A DNA stretch of 64,000 nt from Octopus sinensis (taxonomy: Eukaryota). The translations under genes and the position numbers were made by a program. Positions 51,850 to 64,000 of the stretch are shown piece by piece; within the stretch, counting starts at the first letter, position 1; the number at the start of each line of letters is the position of its first letter. Below the pieces are notes generated by a model. That model saw only the letters and a program-made list of their open reading frames with translations. It searched no databases and was not told the origin of the DNA. The stretch covers positions 66,526,001 through 66,590,000 of the forward strand of contig NC_043007.1 in NCBI RefSeq assembly GCF_006345805.1. The letters run 5' to 3'.

Positions 51850-52862
51850 ATATATTGTATAAAGGATCGTGGGTAAGGCCAGAACTATGCGCAGGAAATG
51901 CAAGGTAAATCACAAGAAGACAAATGTGAATAAATGTAGGCTTACCTTGTATTCAATGTTTCGGGGTTAAGATTCCATTTTCAAGAAATTGACGAATGCT
52001 GCCGATGTGCGTGTGTGTGAGCGTATGTGGAGTGGACATGCGCAGAAGGGTGTTGCCATAGCAACCAGCTAGCTTCCTGTAACTCTCTTCTATTGTTGAT
52101 CTTCCGTTTCTTTTGGTGTATGAGGACGGTTTCAGAAATTCTAAGGTTGCTCCTGTTCCGCGGTGCTGTCTTGAAGTGCACTTTGAATTCCCGGGACTGG
52201 CATTTCCGTAGATGTTTATTTCACGAAAGTGTCTGCCTGCATGTGCACCATAATGCATATATACAGGTTTCTTGTCGTGCTTTGGATGTAGGATGCGCCA
52301 CATTTGTCACAGATGATCTCATATTCAACATAGATCATCTGGCACAATTCAGGGTCATTGATGGGGCAGTTCGACAAATTGAACTCCTCGGAGTTGTGAG
52401 AGATGCTGTTCTTGGGCAGACCTTTTCTCAGAGAAGGGACGGTGTGCACTATCTGTATGTTTTGTCCTTCCCTGTGGACTGTGTGTTGTATCGCTGCAGT
52501 AGTTCTGACGCCAAAGTGTGGTAGCTAGCTTTAAGAAGCACGTGATGGACTTGGGAGTATGATGATTCTTCCGGGGATTATTGACCTTGATATTTTTCAG
52601 GCACCATTGTTTAACTAAAGATGGTGGGTAGCCATTCAGAGTCAGTTCTCTGAGGAACTGTTTGGTGTTGACGGCTTTATCGGTTACGTTGCTGCAATTG
52701 TGGTTTATACGTGCAATCTCGTTTCTTACGTATGTGGCTTTGGCTCTGGTGGGTAAGGCTGATAGTGGACGAAAAGTGTTCTATTAGTGGGTTTTCTATA
52801 GAATTTGGTAAATATGGAGCCTTCATCTGTGATCTTGAGTGGGAAGTCGAGTAGAGGGAGGG
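51850..52862 (-). mobile_element. Penelope-like element 3' fragment (RT thumb and GIY-YIG endonuclease)
   Basis: PLLDF..TKFYRKPTNRTLFVHY..VRNEIARI..LNGYP; VEYEIICDKCGASYIQSTTRNL; LRISETVLI..KINNRRE. Confidence 0.85.
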
Positions 52863-53269
52863 TTCCGGATTTATATCTGTGTATGTGTATGTGTATGTAT
52901 TTATACATATATGCATAAATATATACACAATCACATATATATGCATGTGTGTATTATCGCGTGTGCGTGCGCAAGTGTGTGTATGAGTGTGCATGTGTGT
53001 GTATGTGTGTGTGTGTGTGTGCACATTGATATATACATATCATGCGACTTGTTTAGAACTTGATCTGAGACCGTCTATGGATCCTGATGGTATTTACACT
53101 GCAGTAGAAATCACTATCAAGTGGCGAAACCTTCAAAATTCGTCGGAAATGCTGACACTTCAAGAGCATCAATTATATATGAACAGTAATATAACAGATT
53201 TTGTGTGCACTTAAGTTGTTGAAAAAGGTCCTTCCACAATATATTTGAACACACACATATAAATATGCG

Positions 53270-54115
53270 TGTGGGTACCCAAAAGTAATTATAAACGTTC
53301 TCTGTGAGGCAAACCAGTCGTAGTTCAGACCTCCACTGATAGAAGCCACTTGATGCGATCCTCAAGCATCAGTCTGCTGACCGGGGTCTTCCGGGGTAGT
53401 CGTACTGCCACATGGTGCGTCATTGTTTTGCAGTGCTTCTCTTTTGATCGTCGATTTTTGCGATGGCAGAAACAAAGGAACAGCGTGCATAATTGAAATT
53501 CTGTTTTCTGCAAGGGAAAACGGAGGTCGAAACAGTTGTCATATTTCAAACACCTTACAAGGATGATGCCATAAGCAAAACACAAGTTTTCGAGTAGTTT
53601 TCACATTTAAGGAATGGTTATTTGTTGCTTGAGGGTCAATTTCTTTCAGGGCGACCGTCGACCTCCCGAACAAATGAAAACATCATTAAAATTCATGAAC
53701 TGATTTTGCCGAACAATTGATGAACTTGTTCGTATGACTGGTGCGTCCTGGAGCTCCAGCCAACGAATTTTGTACGAGGGATTGCGAATGAAAAGGGCTG
53801 CAGCAACATTTGTGCCTCGCTTGCTCACAGAAAATCAGAAGCAATCCCGACTAAACGCTTGTCGTGAACTGAAAGAACAGTGGGAAGTTGATCCGGACCC
53901 TTTTTCAAAGGTCATCACTGGTGACGAAAACTGCTGCTACGGCTACGACCCGGAAACGAAGCAGCAATTAAGTCAAAGGAAGTATTCAATATCCCCACGC
54001 CCCCAAAATGTGAGTCAAGTGAAGTCCATTGTCAAGAATTTTTTCATCGATGCGAAAGGAATTATCTACACAGAATTTGTTCCTTCTGGTCAGACTGTTA
54101 ACCAGACATTATTTG
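53270..54115 (+). mobile_element. Mariner transposase pseudogene, 3'-truncated
   Basis: ATG at 53463; GRPSTS; FVPRLLTENQKQSR...VITGDENCCYGYDPETKQQ...FFIDAKGIIYTEFVPSGQTVN; several stop codons. Confidence 0.9.
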
Positions 54116-54289
54116 GCAGTTCTAAAGTGTTCTTTCATTCCGTATGCATTTATTCATATATACATGTACATATATGTATGTTTGTATGCATGTATAAATT
54201 TGTGTGTATGTACGTATGTGCGTGTGTGAGTGTGTATTTGCATGCATATATGAATGTTCGCTTTCTCTTTTTAATTTAGAGTTGGTAGC

Positions 54290-55119
54290 GAGGTTGTGAA
54301 GAAAACCATCTTAAGAAGGTCTTGCTGATTGTTGTTATACCAGATATCGTAATCGTTTGTAGTTTATGAATTAAAGATTTGCTTTCTCTCTCCTAGATCC
54401 CAAGTTCAGCCCATACTTTACTCTGGGTAGGTTGGTACATATCCTATTGCTCCAAGTATGACGCTAAAAGTGTATCTTGGGCACTGGATCTGCAAACTCT
54501 TTATCGATGTTCTATAGATGTCATCTTTCTTCTATATTTTTCTTATAGCACCAACATATGCAGTTTTCTCGTCAGTTCCAAGGTATTTGTAACATTTATC
54601 ATTGGTGACGCGGGAGATAGACAAATTATTGTTATCCATATACCTTAGCAGGTGAACAACATTTCCTTGTTTGACTAACAGATCTGAACTCTTGTGCTGA
54701 CTAAACTTTATTCCTGTGCCCCGTGATAATGTTGTGACAAGATATGACTGCTTCTCGGTGTCATGGATATTACTTGAGTACAGCTTAATGTAATCAACAA
54801 AAAAAAAAGGTGTGGTTGAAATTAATCTTTCTTTCATCACCAGAGCCATTCATATAGCCTTTGTACTTCTTTAGCAAGGCTGACAACGGATTCACATCTA
54901 GGACGAAAAGCATCACAGATAAGTTGTCATTCTGAAACATTCCTGTTGATAACTTAATTCTGTTAGTGGCTATAATGGCTATCTCAGAAGTCCATCTACG
55001 GGCCGTTTCGGGGATGTGCCAATTAATATTAGACATATCAGTCCTTAAAATAGTACTTAAAACTGGTACTCTCCTCATCAGGATGTCCTATACAACACAT
55101 AAAAAACATGAACAAATAC
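54290..55119 (-). mobile_element. Decayed R2/R4-like retrotransposon with RT motifs joined to the REL C-terminus
   Basis: FQNDNLSVMLFVLDVNPLS, NHTFFFVDYIKLY, YKYLG, then VILGAIGYVP. Confidence 0.7.
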
Positions 55120-55272
55120 ACAAATACACAATCACATACCGGCCATTCTCAGAACACGGCATTTGAGTATTTGTTCATGTTTTATATGTGTTGTATAGGA
55201 CATCCTGATGAGGGGAGTACCAATTTTAAGTACTATTTTTAGGACTGATAGGTCTAATATTAATTGGCACAT
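55014..55272. repeat. 106-bp inverted duplication with a 47-nt loop
   Basis: 55014-55119 is the inverse of 55167-55272. Confidence 0.9.
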
Positions 55273-55559
55273 ATGTACTATTCGCCGGAATTTTATTCGT
55301 CTTTTGATATGCCATATTTTTATTTTATTATCATTATATTTATTTCTCTTATTCTAACAGTTTTAAGCGTGTTACATGTAAAATTTATATTTATATTTAT
55401 ATTTTTATGTGTATATGATACTTATATATTACTGAATTTTTAAAATTTTCAAAATGTCGGACTGTTTAGATATAAATTAGTATATAAGATTTGTATGTGT
55501 TTGGTCTATCTTTGAATTTTGTAACGTTCATGTGGTTGTTGCTCGCATTGCCTCCCCTT

Positions 55560-56220
55560 AGATAAAAAAGTATATACATACATATACATATATATATAAA
55601 CATATATTTACATATATACATATATATTGATAATATATATATGCCATATATCTACAAATATATATTATTATATATACAATCTATACATGTATAATATATG
55701 TATATATATATTACAATTGTAAAATATTGCATATATACATGTATATATATGTATATATATAATATATATATATATAATACATATATATAAATTGGTAAAA
55801 TATTGCATATATACATACATATACATATGTATATATAATATATATACACAGATTTTATATATATATGTATTATATATATACAATTGTAAAATATTGCATA
55901 TATGACATGTATATATATGTAGATATATATATATATATCTATATATAATATATATATAATTGTAAAATATTGAATATATACATACATATACATATGTATA
56001 TATATATATATACACAGATTTTATATATATATGTAATATATAACATATATACATATAGTGACCATTCTCTTATATTTATTTATGAATATATGTATATTAT
56101 ACATATATATATATATTATATATATTATATAATATATATATATATATATCTATATATATATTATATATGTGTTGTGTGTGTGTGTGTTTGTGTGTGTGTG
56201 TATAATGGTAAAATATTGCG
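55560..56220. repeat. AT-rich higher-order tandem repeat
   Basis: attgtaaaatattgc-type unit recurs 5 times; tacacagattttata recurs twice. Confidence 0.75.
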
Positions 56221-56779
56221 CGGAAAGACGACGAATGACCATACGGAAAACAAGAAAAAACACACAAAGGACGTGGACATGTTCCCCCTTCATCAATCAT
56301 CGACCAAAAATCACCACAATTTTAACGCCCTACGTGTGTGTATGTATGTGTTTATATGTATATGTGTGTCTACATGTGTGTAGACGCACACGTGTGCGTG
56401 TGCCTGTTAAGGGTAAACAATTTTGAGTTTGTATGCTGCTGGGAGAAGACTTTTTCTGACCTTTCAGAGCAACACTGCATCGGTCATCTCCCAACGGCAT
56501 ACGTAGAATGATATAAGCTATACTAAACTAAATATACATTGCCGACGTAGGCCGTCAATGGTCTCGTTGGATTTTTTTCTCTTATTTTCTTCTCGCTTTT
56601 TGTCTTTAATGTGCGTCCATGCTTGGACACTTGCATTCAAGTGTCTTAGCTGATTATAGTAATGTGCATTATTTTGTATTAAACAATGTACTGATTGTGT
56701 TTTCATCCATCTTGTCTTATTTAATTGCAAAGCCTTCAGCGTAAAGAGATTTCATTCGTACAAGGTAAAAGTTACCTTC

Positions 56780-56990
56780 TCGTGTCATACCAACTCTTAA
56801 GGGTTGGTATCCCTATTTTCATGGCGTATATACTCCCCGCCTGGATGGGACGCCGGTCTGTCCCAGGGTTGCTCATTTGTGCCAGCTGAGTGAACTGGAG
56901 CAACGTGGAATGAAGTGTTTTGCTCAAGAACACAACGCGTCGCCTGGTCCAAGAATCGAAACCACAATCTTACGATCAACGGCCCAACAC
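56780..56990 (-). mobile_element. SINE family C
   Basis: ttttgctcaagaacacaacgc...aagaatcgaaacc. Confidence 0.8.
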
Positions 56991-57467
56991 CACGTATTCG
57001 TACAAGGAGAACTTCTACAAAGTATTGTTTGCACGATATGCAACGATCATTTGTATCGATGCAGTCTATCAAATTTCAAATTTCCCTCACAAGACATTGG
57101 TTAATCTGAGACTTTAGTAAAAGATGCATGTCCATGGTGCTATGCGACAGTGTCAAATATAGGACGACAGTTTGGCGAATTTCCTGACTGCACTACCATA
57201 CTTAACACTTTTGTACAAAGCTGTAGGTGTAATAAAACTGCACAAAACATATCTACTGAATACGAAATTAATTATTTAAAAGCGTCAGATGGCATTATTT
57301 CGTTTCTAGAAATAAATCTTTCAAAAATGGTCATGCGTATTTACTTTTGCGATGCTTGTGTCTGTATAGCGTTAAGTGTATATGACCACACACACATACA
57401 TACACACAACACACATTATATATATATATATAATATATATATATATTATATATATATATAATATATA

Positions 57468-57515
<48 letters not shown>

Positions 57516-58194
57516 GTACATGCATATACACCATGTATACTTATGAATGTACGTATTAAGAAAATCACATCCATTTATAAATATTTCTAGTAAAACATAA
57601 AAGGGACAGACCTACAAACGCGAACTCGAATGCGCTCATGCAGAAACACACGCACAGAAGACTGTATACACATATACTAGATGTCATATATATATATATA
57701 AACCCTCACACATACAGATATCGACAGAAATTCACACACACATACAGAAGCTCACACAAACATGTAGATAACACATTAGAAATAAAGGACAGCTTCACAA
57801 GTTGTTAAGAATTTGTGTACTGGTACGTGTAATCAGACACACCTATATTTATAATCTTAAGTCACTCACATAGATTACTTCACATCCGTACAACCAACAA
57901 CACACATATACGCAAGTATTTTTATATACAGGACGACACATATACGTACATATATCAATTACTACGCACCTGCACACTTGCACATAAGTACATGCCCCTA
58001 AGCAGATTCACCGCCCACAGACACACCCAAAGTTCTATCTATACTCTTTGCTTTCATTTCAACGCCGCACAATGGACTTTCATTGAAGCTTTTCAATTTC
58101 TTATGCTAACATAGCGGTACGCAGTGCTAAACTGTATTGTTATCCCTGTCCCTTTTTCTCTTTCTTTCTTCCCACTTTTCTCTATCTTTCGTCG

Positions 58195-58236
<42 letters not shown>

Positions 58237-58389
58237 ATATATATGTATATATATTATATATAATATAAATACATGTGTATATATATATATGTATGTATGT
58301 ATGTATGTATATATATAATACATATATATATGTATATATATATACACACATATGTGTGTGTGTGCATATATGTATATATACACACATAA

Positions 58390-58421
<32 letters not shown>

Positions 58422-59392
58422 TTCTTTTCAGTTATCTCTGTTAACTTTTTCCAGAGAAAGGGAGAGGCGTATGTGTGAGTGAATGAGGTGAGTGTGTGAA
58501 TGAATGATGTGTGTGTGTGTTTGTGTGTGTATGTGTGTGTGTTTGTGTGTGTGTGTCTGTGTTTGTGTGTGTGTGTTTGTGTGTGTTCTATATTGATAGT
58601 GGCACAGTGTTACAGGTAGATAATATTCATGCAATAGCAATGTACACCAACCAGTGTGTTACACCTGTCGTCGAATCATCTTGGTAGGACTGGGTAGGGG
58701 TATTTTTGACTCTTTGTCTAATATTGTACAGCACAGTACCATGCCAGACCACATGTATTTTATCCTCATGTATGTATATTTGTGTATATGTGCACACTTG
58801 TGTGTGTGTGTGTGTGTGAAAAACTCGAAAGCTGCCCCTGTCGCCTAGCTCCGCACCAGTTTCAAAGCAGGCTTATAACTGATAAACTGTTACCTACCGT
58901 ATTGTACCATCACAGTGAGGTGATGTTGGAGTTTCCTCCCCAGGGTAGAAAGTCAGGCAAAATGAATATGGGAGATCAGCAATTACCCATGCTCTAGGCC
59001 ACTGATGTTGTCCAAGGGAAGTGCAAGAGCAGCACAGCTTGACACCAGTGTTGTAGTAAAAGTTACTACGAGAACAATAATGAGCAACATTGTACTGCCT
59101 TAGGGAGTTCAGCTCCGGATTTATTCCTGAATCCCTTTCTTATGAGAAGGTATTGTCATAAGACTGCAAAGGTTTTCCCTATATTACATTAACTATCTTC
59201 TCAGTAACAAATTCCATCCACCTGAAGTACTGGTTTTAAGGTACCAGCACTCGACTTCACTCCTTTCCTTCAAGAGAAGACCAGGAATTGAATTTAGTTG
59301 ACAAAACGTGTTGGAGACGCTTACCATGAGAAGCACTTATCAGTAGTTGGAGATTATTTCTACAGCCACTTTTTGGCTTGACAAACATGGAA

Positions 59393-59426
<34 letters not shown>

Positions 59427-59549
59427 GATTCTCTTTAAAACACTGAGAATGAAAGTTAAGGTCTCTGTAAGTGTATTATGTAATAGGGATTGAGTGTTGG
59501 ATAGTATTTGACTATGAAATTCTCTATATATAGGTAAAAAATAAAGGTA

Positions 59550-59787
59550 AAGCTACTTTCTCGAATCATACAGGGCTAGGTTCTCCGTTTCACGGCATAT
59601 ATATTCCCCACCTGGATGGGACGCTGGTCCGTCGCAGGATTGCTCATTTTTGCCAGTTGAGTGGACTGGAACAACGTGAAATGAAGTGTTTTGCTCAAGA
59701 ACACAACGTGTAGCCCAATACAAGAATCGAAATCACAGTCTTACGATCATGAATCCAACGCCCTAACCACTAAGCCACGCGCATCCA
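59550..59787 (-). mobile_element. SINE family C, full length
   Basis: ...ccctaaccactaagccacgcgc head. Confidence 0.85.
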
Positions 59788-59807
59788 CCTCCCTCTATAT
59801 GTCACCG

Positions 59808-59950
59808 CATGACAACTGGCGTTGGTGGGTTTATGTCCCTGTAACTTAGCGATTCGGTAAAAAAAGAAACTAAGTCCTGGGCTTAATTTTCGACTAAAAA
59901 CCCCTCAAAGCGGTGCGCCAACGTGGCCGCAGTCAAATGAAAGGAAATAA
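59808..59950 (+). mobile_element. SINE family B, 3' half
   Basis: gtaacttagcgattcgg...gccgcagtcaaatga. Confidence 0.7.
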
Positions 59951-60240
59951 AAGAAAAATGATAAAATTATTTAACCTTTTCCTGAATGGTTCCATTTTCT
60001 TGGTTAGCGCACTGTCTGCTTTACCATGAGTGTTTTCATCACTCGTTCTTTGGTGATTTCCAAATTGTTTTAACCAGCTGCCATTATCATTGAAATATTT
60101 GATGTCCATATGCCTATCTAGCTTGGCTATCACAGGCATTGTTAGCACAGGATAATTTATGAATAAATAAACCATTTTGCCACTGGTTCCCCAACACTGG
60201 TATTTTTTTTCTAAGGTACTCATACGCTTCCTTGTACCAA
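59950..60240 (-). mobile_element. pogo/Tigger (CENP-B-type HTH) transposase remnant
   Basis: NGSWLKQFGNHQ...HGKADSA....EPFRKRLNNFI resembles SNGWLxxFKxRHxI..GE..SAD...F. Confidence 0.55.
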
Positions 60241-61229
60241 CAGATAAAATTATGTAACTTATATTAACATTATTAAAATGCAGATTGGTGCTTAGCCTTG
60301 AGTATATATGAAACTGTTTGTTTCAAATATATTCTGCACAACCTCTCATCGCCTAAACACCGCCCTCTAAATTTCTTTTGAGCACTATTAGATATGAACG
60401 AAAGTCACGATCATATACTAAAAGAACAGAATTATTATTATAAAAAGTATTTTAGCTAATAAATTTTCAAGTAATTTCTAGATATAAATTCTCACCACGG
60501 AATCATACTGATTATTAGAAAGGAGTTTCAAACCAAATAAGAAAGGGCCTTATGTAAGAAATTGGCAGAATACATATAGAAAGAATTATATATAGATATG
60601 TGGGTGTAAATGCGTATGTGTTGCACTAGAATTAATATGTGAAATGTAAATGCCATTATGCAGTACCATATACATACGTGTGTGTGTGTGTATTTATGTG
60701 TATATATATATATATATACATATATGTATATGTATATATATATATGTGTGTGTGTGTATATATATGTATGTATGTACGTACGTATGTATGTATGTATGTA
60801 TGTATGTATGTGTGTGTGTATGTATGTATGCGCACACAGAGATAAAATAATAAGCAGAAAACAGGAGTGGTATTCCGCACTTTATACTTCATAGGATATA
60901 CACGTGTATCATTAACATTCCGAAATAATTACATAACAGCATTTGAAATACTATGCAATGATGCACAGCACATCATCAGTATCCGGCCACTGAGCCCGAT
61001 TTCAGAGTACAACAATAGATACTGGAGTGGAGTATGGCACCCACTACTGAACCCGATTTTTGTTTGCGCGTTGAAATTTTTTACATCCTCTTTCTTAAAT
61101 TACAAGTGTGTGTGTACACATGCAAACATACACACACACGCATACACACACACACACACTCACACACACACACACATATATATATACATACATATGTATG
61201 TACGTATGCTTATATGTATAAGTATATAT

Positions 61230-61462
61230 ATATTTCTTTACTATCCACAAGGGGCTAAACATAGAGGGGACAAACAAGGACAGACAAACGGATTAAGTCG
61301 ATTACATCGACCCCAGTGCGAAACTGGTACTGTATTTATCGACCCCGAAAGGATGAAAGGCAAAGTCTGCCACGGCGGAATTTGAACTCAGAACGTAACG
61401 TCAGACGAAATACCGCTAAGCATTTCGCCCGGCACGCTAACGTTTCTGCCAGCTCGCCGCCT
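61230..61462 (-). mobile_element. SINE family A, young full-length copy
   Basis: Ends ...ctgccagctcgccgcc; little divergence from the consensus. Confidence 0.9.
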
Positions 61463-62410
61463 TTAAGTATATGTATAAGTATATATGTGTGTGTGTGTGT
61501 ATGTATGTATGTATCTATGTATGTATATGTATATATATTTTTCTTTTCTTTCACTGGTTTCGGTCATTGAACTGTGGACATGCTGGAACAACTCTTTTCA
61601 ATGATTTTCATCAATCATATCGCCTTACTTCTTATTTCAATCTGCTTCTCATTTTGTCGATATGGATTCGTTGAATCACTAAAGTTACAGAATGATACAA
61701 TAGAAAACGACACCAGTAAACGTAAATAAACTCACCTACACAAACTCCCATATATATATATATATATATCCATGTATATACATATGTATGTGTGAGTGTG
61801 TATGTGTGGGTGTCTGTGTGTGCGCGTATGTTTCCGTATAAGCATGTGCGTGTGTATACAGCTGCCACATCATATGCTGTAAGTTATTCGGATTTCCCGT
61901 TCTCGATCATCGGAGTGGTTCTGCCCCATGAGCAACAAAAGTCTCCCCGCAGCTGGCATAATGTTTACACACGCATACACCAAAAACATATTCACAGTTG
62001 CCATCTATCAAATTCCGCTATAAATGGAAATGGTTAACCGAGTAGTAAGAGATCAAATCCAGAAACATGTACATGCAAACCGAATTTCTTAATTGTAAAG
62101 CCGGGCCCGAGCAGGCATTCACACACACACACACACACACACAGTTCAAATTTACAAAAGTAATATATATAGTTCAAATTTACAGAAAACAAAAGACGAA
62201 GACAGCTGTAGGAATAACAAGAAGGTGTATTAGATTAACGCTCGAGAAAAATGGAAATATCTTTGATGTTTCGAGACTACGCTTTTGAACAGAAAGTATT
62301 GGGAAGAAAAATAAATGGTAAAAAAAAAAATGGAAAGAGAACGAGAACCAAAATAATACGGAGAGAGAAGAGGTGTGGGGATTAACGATTCAACACGATG
62401 ATAATATATA

Positions 62411-62810
62411 TACTCTTTTACCTGTTTCAGTCATTTGACTGCGGCCATGCTGAAGCACTGCCTTTTAATCGAGCAACTCGACCCCAGGACTTATTCTTTT
62501 GCAAGCCCAATTACTTATTCTATCGGTCTCTTTTGCCGAGCCGCTAAGTAACGGGGACATAAACACACCAGCATCGGTTGTCAAGCAATGCTAGGGGGAC
62601 AAACACAGACACACAAACACACACACACATATATATATGTATACATATATACGACAGGCTTCTTTCAGTTTCCCTCTACCAAATCCACTCACAAGGCATT
62701 GGTCGGCCCGGGGCTATAGCAGAAGACACTTGCCCAAGATGCCACGCAGTGGGACTGAACCCGGAACCATGTGGTGGTTAGCAAGCTACTTACCACACAG
62801 CCACTCCTGC

Positions 62811-62812
<2 letters not shown>
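62411..62812 (-). mobile_element. SINE family B, full length
   Basis: All consensus motifs; head ccacacagccactcctgcgcc. Confidence 0.9.
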
Positions 62813-62868
<56 letters not shown>

Positions 62869-62878
62869 TATTATATAT

Positions 62879-62912
<34 letters not shown>

Positions 62913-63282
62913 ATTACTAAGTGAGATAGGGGTTATGAGTGTAACCCACTATGGGATATCATTTATCCAATATACTGCCAGTAAAGTACCCAGAAAGGCT
63001 AATACATAAATGCTGAGAATTGCAATGCAATAAATTCATTTATTGTATTGAAAGAAATCCATTCTTCCATTTTCCAGAAATAGTCATGACTTCTGGAACC
63101 TGACTGAGGAAAGAAAGCCACGAATGACCCGTTCTTTTTTTTTTTGCCTGTCCTTCTAATTATTGTTTCTCATGTCCGTTTGACATGAATGTTTTATGAA
63201 TGTTTTAATGTTCTCTATTGCGTTTCTGTTTCATTTTTATAGTTATATATATTAGGTTTGGAGATGATGTACAGGTATTATA

Positions 63283-63414
63283 TATTAGAAGAAATAAGGA
63301 ACTCAGAAATCTGGATGGTTTTATATTTAGAGATATTTATTAACATGTCACATGTTTTTATAAATATCTGTAAATATAAAACCATCCAGATTTCTGAGTA
63401 CCTTATTTCTTCTA

Positions 63415-63417
<3 letters not shown>
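63283..63417. mobile_element. 135-bp palindrome, a tip-deleted sibling of 41815-42069
   Basis: Same outer arms tattagaagaaataa../..ttatttcttctaata. Confidence 0.85.
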
Positions 63418-63479
<62 letters not shown>

Positions 63480-63860
63480 TCTCAGGAGAGAAGGTAGCAA
63501 GCATGACCTTTTACGAATCGCTAAGACAAGTGTTAAAGGAGAGAGATATCCTAAAACCGGAGACGCGACCGAAATACTTGCAAGAGTGAACTTAACTTAT
63601 GATTTTGAAGGATCAGATAGAAGTGTTAAACAGGAGAAAAAGATTATGTTTACCATCCAAGTAGGCTATTGTACGATTTGAACTCCGAGCGCGGAGTGCC
63701 TTGAAAACAGTGCGTTGTATTCTGTCCGACGCTCTAATGACTCTGTCATTATGCATATTTGCACATATACACTCACATACATACGATAGCGCACATGCAC
63801 ATACGTTCACACACACACAAGTTCACTCATATATGTATAGATATATATGAATATATGGTA

Positions 63861-64000
63861 AAGGCGCGAGGCTTAGTGGTTAAGGTAATCAGCTCACAAT
63901 CATAAGGTCTTGAGTTCGATTCCTTGTGGCGCGTTGTGTCCTTGAGCAAGACACTTTATTTTACATTGCTCCAGTCCACTCTGATGGCAAAAGTGAGTAG
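63861..64000 (+). mobile_element. SINE family C, runs off the window
   Basis: ggcgcgaggcttagtggttaagg...gagttcgattcc...gtccttgagcaagacact. Confidence 0.85.

Overview
AT-rich eukaryotic genomic DNA, most likely from an octopod cephalopod. This is inferred from the very high (TA)n/(GATA)n/(TAA)n/(CA)n microsatellite load and from tRNA-derived SINE families resembling those known from Octopus. I find no confident host protein-coding gene, tRNA or rRNA; nearly all ORFs in the track are microsatellite or repeat artefacts. The window reads as a large intron or intergenic region built from mobile elements. These include dozens of SINEs (working names A-F), R4/Dong-type REL retrotransposon remnants that sit only in (TAA)n tracts, a ~550-bp non-coding element with the same target, and RTE-like and CR1-like LINE fragments. 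It also holds two Penelope-like (PLE) fragments, mariner and pogo/Tigger remnants, non-autonomous Helitron-like elements and at least eight hairpin/foldback elements. The best leads are: (1) a ~200-bp repeat family carrying a minimal hammerhead-ribozyme-like motif, plus further hammerhead-like motifs in other repeats; (2) the (TAA)n-targeted retroelement array and its candidate non-autonomous partner; (3) pre-miRNA-sized hairpins; (4) a 172-bp direct-repeat-flanked unit. All coordinates were read by eye and are approximate at the ends. Family names were not verified by database search.
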